Assembly (NCBI GenBank): GCA_051362555.1
Contig: CM120640.1
Coordinates: forward strand, 37,405,967-37,469,966
Source: Lingula anatina
Lineage: Eukaryota; Animalia; Brachiopoda
DNA: 64,000 bases
Direction: 5' to 3'
A program made the position numbers and the translations under genes. Position 1 is the first letter of the stretch; every line of letters begins with the position of its first letter. This document shows, in pieces, positions 60,251-64,000 of the stretch. Below the pieces are notes generated by a model, which made no database searches, had not been told where the DNA came from, and saw only the letters and a list, made by a program, of their open reading frames with translations.

Positions 60251-61463
60251 ATACATAGACCTACTGACTACTTGAACTGCAATATTATTGTTGTCTATGT
60301 TCTTTGGTTATAAGTATCATAACTGTTTGTCAGGTCTGTTGTATTATAACGTCCCCTGATTGAGAAAAAAATTCAATAAACAGGGCGCAGCTGGCATATT
60401 GAAACCCTCCCCAATTTCCAAAATTTCCAATTTTGCAAACGCTAGTTAAATTCACTCAGCAAAATTACGTATTTTTAGGCTATCCCTGGTTAAATTATCA
60501 CAAGTGAACTGTGTGGCTGGCAACCGAAAAAAAAGGATTTAATGCCATGTACGTGTAATAAACATAAAAAATAATAATAAAGAAAGAAAAATAAACAGAT
60601 ATATGAAATTATGAAAAATAAGAAATTAAACTGGAAAGCAATACTCAGCAGTACACAGGGCTGCGACAATTCCACGACCATGGCGATGACAAGGTTTTGA
60701 TACGAGGTACACGTAACTCTCACATTACATGTTTCGCCGGGCACTCTCTGTTTCGTCATCTATTCGAGTATAGACTACACCAGCAATTTACTTAATGCTT
60801 ATCGCTACTCTGGGTGCAATAGCTTATCAAGTTTAGATCTTCAAACTTTTCGGACAATCCATTTAAAAGTATGGGCTTCTGAACGCGTTGAACATTCCCC
60901 AAAGTCACGTTTACGTATCCCGCAAAGATACTTTTCTTTCCTGCTAATTCAAACCTTAAAATGATAAAATCTGCAGGTAACATCTAAAATAAACAGGGAG
61001 ATATTGCAGTCTGAATGTCTGTCAGTCATTTAGAACTAAATGATTTAATTAGAAACGATATAAAACGTAGAACTTGAGTTCAGGGATTGGTCCAGCAATG
61101 CTTCTTTTTTCGAGGAAATATCGAATTGGCGGCAATTGTCTGTTTAAATACCCTTATAAAAGGAACAATTAACGCCAGAGCATCAATCAAAACACAATAT
61201 TTATTGAGTTGAATATCAAACAACATCATTGATCCCATAGGTTAATATTAATATTATGTTAAACTAAAACTGAAAGGAAAAAAGAAAGGTTTTTTAATCT
61301 ACTCAATATGTTGATCCAGTTATTGTTCAAGGATTTTATACAAAGTGCCTGGATACTTCCTTGATAATATTAGAATATTTCAAACTTTTAAGTAATAAAG
61401 TACCTTAAAGTAACAAAGGTAATAACAACAAAATTTGCGAAGTTAACATGGAAGCATTAACAA

Positions 61464-62193
61464 TCAAAAATGTTCTTGTTTGAAGTCAAATCCATATTTT
61501 GTACAATTTTTTCCAAGTTCTGCTCCAAGAATCTGTGGTCCACAGTAAAAAAGGGTGACGTCGCCATGTCTGGCAGATGCGATATCTTTAAAAATCTATA
61601 AAAAAAAAAAAAAAAAGAATAGGGTGAAAATCTGTCTAAATTAACAGGAGAACATTGCCCTAGGCTCAAATGAGGTGCTGCATAATTGAATTTATTATCC
61701 TCAAATCATGGGTACAGAACATTTTTTCTGTAAAAATTCCCAGCGAAATATACCACTGGACGTCGTGAAGCTGAAATAATAAAACCGGGTTTCCTGCCCA
61801 CGACCAGTACGAAATATGTAATGCCCCCTTGTCGTTTCAGAAATTTGTGACATTTATTACCTTTCCCCAGTCTGGTCTTCCTGCCTTAGTCCTCGTCTGC
61901 AGCCCTGTCACCGCGTCTGTGTGCTCCTCCTCGTGCCATAAGTCCATTGCCAGTTGCAGCCCCAGTCCGCTTAAGTCTGACGCTCCCTGGGCGCCCGTCA
62001 TGTAAATATGGATATCGAGAAAGCGTCCGACAGAAGACCGCATAACGGCTTGATTTCGTTCTAACTGATTCAATAAACTGCTCATCCATTCAAAGCTGTC
62101 CTGATTGCGGTTTATCCAAAAGAAATCCACCTGTAGACAAAGAATGCAAAAGTTTCTTTGGCACTCTCTTGGATCGGTCCGATCGGTGACATT

Positions 62194-62225
<32 letters not shown>

Positions 62226-63971
62226 TGAGTGAAAGAGACTTTGGTAAAGCCATGATATAAATATATATATAGATATAAATATATATATAGAACGGAAAAG
62301 TGTCCATTTTGAAATTGTATGGTTGTCTGCTTTGGTCAAACAGCCATAAGATTTTCATAGATGGGTACATTTACCTTTCTAAGCTTCATATTACCAAGGC
62401 TGGCTGCTTTATCATCAGTCCAACAATAGCGACAATCTGGACATTGGTGATTGGCGGCATTGAACCTGTACATGATGCTCTGCAAGATGCTGGCAAACGG
62501 AGTGACACCTATTCCTGCAGCCACCAGAACAGCGTGCTGTGCCCGGTATATGCCCGCAGAGGCAGTGCCGTAGGGGCCGTCAACGTAGACCTGAACTCAT
62601 GAATATATGAAAAGACCAAATTAAAGAGATGATTTATATATTGATTGCGATATATCGTTAACTCTTTCAATTCTGAAAAAGAGTTGATCATTTACCAACA
62701 TAAAAATCATTTTTACCTCCAGTAAATCATCGTCGTCTGATGCAAGCGTCATTTCTGGGTCACCCTCTACACCTCTTGGCGGTCGCTGATCATTGTTTAT
62801 GAGGGTTTCACACTGATACCCAGAGTCTACAGATATATGTCGTTCTTTTGCGCTGACACATGGGTACAGCTGATTACCACCAGTGGAAGCCTCCTCCAGG
62901 TACAATTCCTGGACTGAGTCTGATTCCAACGATCTGTCGATGAACCCGTAAGAGTGTGTATTGATGCTTTCGTCAACGAAAATCACGGTGGGATTGCTTC
63001 TATTCCGACGCGGTGTACCTGGTACCTCCTCCTGCTTTGGTAGCCACTCGGGTGCAGACGATGAGCGTATTTGTCCTGTGTTCTCAGTGCATATTTTCCT
63101 CTTTTTCCCTATTGACGATAAGCTCTGCTTGCAGTGTTTTTCAACATCGTTTTTTACTTTAAAATGCTGGTATGTCTTGTTCGTCCATACACCTACGCCT
63201 CTTATATGAACAGTGAATACTCCTATAATGAACAATAACTTAAATTTAAAAAAAGGCGCAGACCTCTGCCAAGACCAATTATTAGCTAAAAATTAACCAT
63301 TAATTAATGAACCACACTAAAATCTAATCACTTTAGTTAACCCATTTTTGACCTATCCTGAAATTTTTATCAAAATCCATCCAAAATTCTTTGAGTTAGG
63401 CTGATAAACTAACAAATGGAGGTGAAAACATAACATTCTTCAAGTGGCGGAGGTAAAACAGGATGTTTACGAGATTCATTGTGTTCTTTTAGTTATGGAA
63501 AGATAGGTTGTGTAAAGAAATCAAGCCCCTTGGTAAATTATAATGTTGCCCTGTAATTCAAAATGGACAAAAAGAACAGGTGCCTTTATCTGTAAACACG
63601 TCACCTCGCCCGTCAGAATTTTAATTTTCGTCTTTTGTTTGAGGTGATTGTTTGACAATACCAAGGCTTCCATCAAATGGTGATGTATATTGTTTATAGT
63701 GATACAACAATAGATTGGCACTTGAAACAATGCAAAGTTTTGGGAAAAAACTATTCTATCACCTAAAGAAATGTAGGTGAAAAGTGTAATTACAAATCAA
63801 CCCACTCTCGTTTCCCAGTAGCTCCCAGTGACACTAACCTGCTTCCTCCGGTGCACTGCTAATGGTGAAGGGATGCCACTCGTATCTACTGATGACGGGG
63901 ATATTCAACAGCACGTAATCTCCGGCATTGAAATAGAAGTAAGGTGGTTTCGTAATGACCAGCTTTGTTAC
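61464..63971 (-). CDS. NOX5: NADPH oxidase, NOX5-like; C-terminal FAD/NADPH-binding half (5' part beyond the right edge)
   Basis: Exons 63971-63839, 63222-62717, 62590-62375, 62130-61861, 61595-61464, in phase. Motifs EWHPFTISSAPE, HIRGVGxWT, VDGPYG, AQHAVLVAAGIGVTPFASILQSI, CPDC, VDFFWINR, TDAVTGLQTRTKAGRPDW, FYCGP, terminal QEHF*. EF-hands are not in the window, so the subtype is inferred. Confidence 0.9.
63253..63457 (-). mobile_element. Short HINE/Helentron-like element of a different family, in a NOX intron
   Basis: Minus-strand 5' end TTACCTCCGCCAC...GTTATGTTTTCACC; opposite end CTTGGCAGAGGTCTGCGCC (subTIR + hairpin). Confidence 0.6.
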
Positions 63972-64000
63972 CTGAAAAAACGTCTTTTGTGTAAGATCTT

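Noticed and set aside
60792-60983. 63-aa ORF preceded by an acceptor-like TTTTAG
   Set aside because: Lies after the NOX stop and a poly(A)-like signal; I see no similarity to NOX or anything else and no partner exon.

Overview
AT-rich, intron-containing animal DNA, probably a marine invertebrate (a lophotrochozoan is likely, by inference). Most entries in the ORF track are artefacts or pieces of exons. I rebuilt six spliced genes by hand, checking GT-AG sites and reading phase. (1) The 5' part of an SLC16/MCT-type MFS transporter (-). (2) A 6-exon P-loop sulfotransferase-like gene (+), transcribed divergently from it. (3) An 8-exon ISPD/CRPPA gene (+). (4) An unrecognised 464-aa gene (-). 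(5) A 10-exon, ~782-aa NR1-like nuclear receptor (-, 35083-57645) with a CEGCKG P-box and no canonical AF-2. (6) The 3' half of a NOX5-like NADPH oxidase (-), followed by a scrambled pseudogenic copy of itself. The receptor's introns hold many nested non-autonomous DNA transposons. The most striking signal is a DINE-1/Helentron-type element in a receptor intron. It carries about 11 tandem 146-bp repeats, each containing AAAAGTAGGTCA-A-AGGTCA-ATTTCA-AGGTCA (RORE + DR1 + FTZ-F1/ERR-type sites, 33 AGGTCA half-sites in total), the motif this receptor class binds. A sister element in the same gene has no such array.
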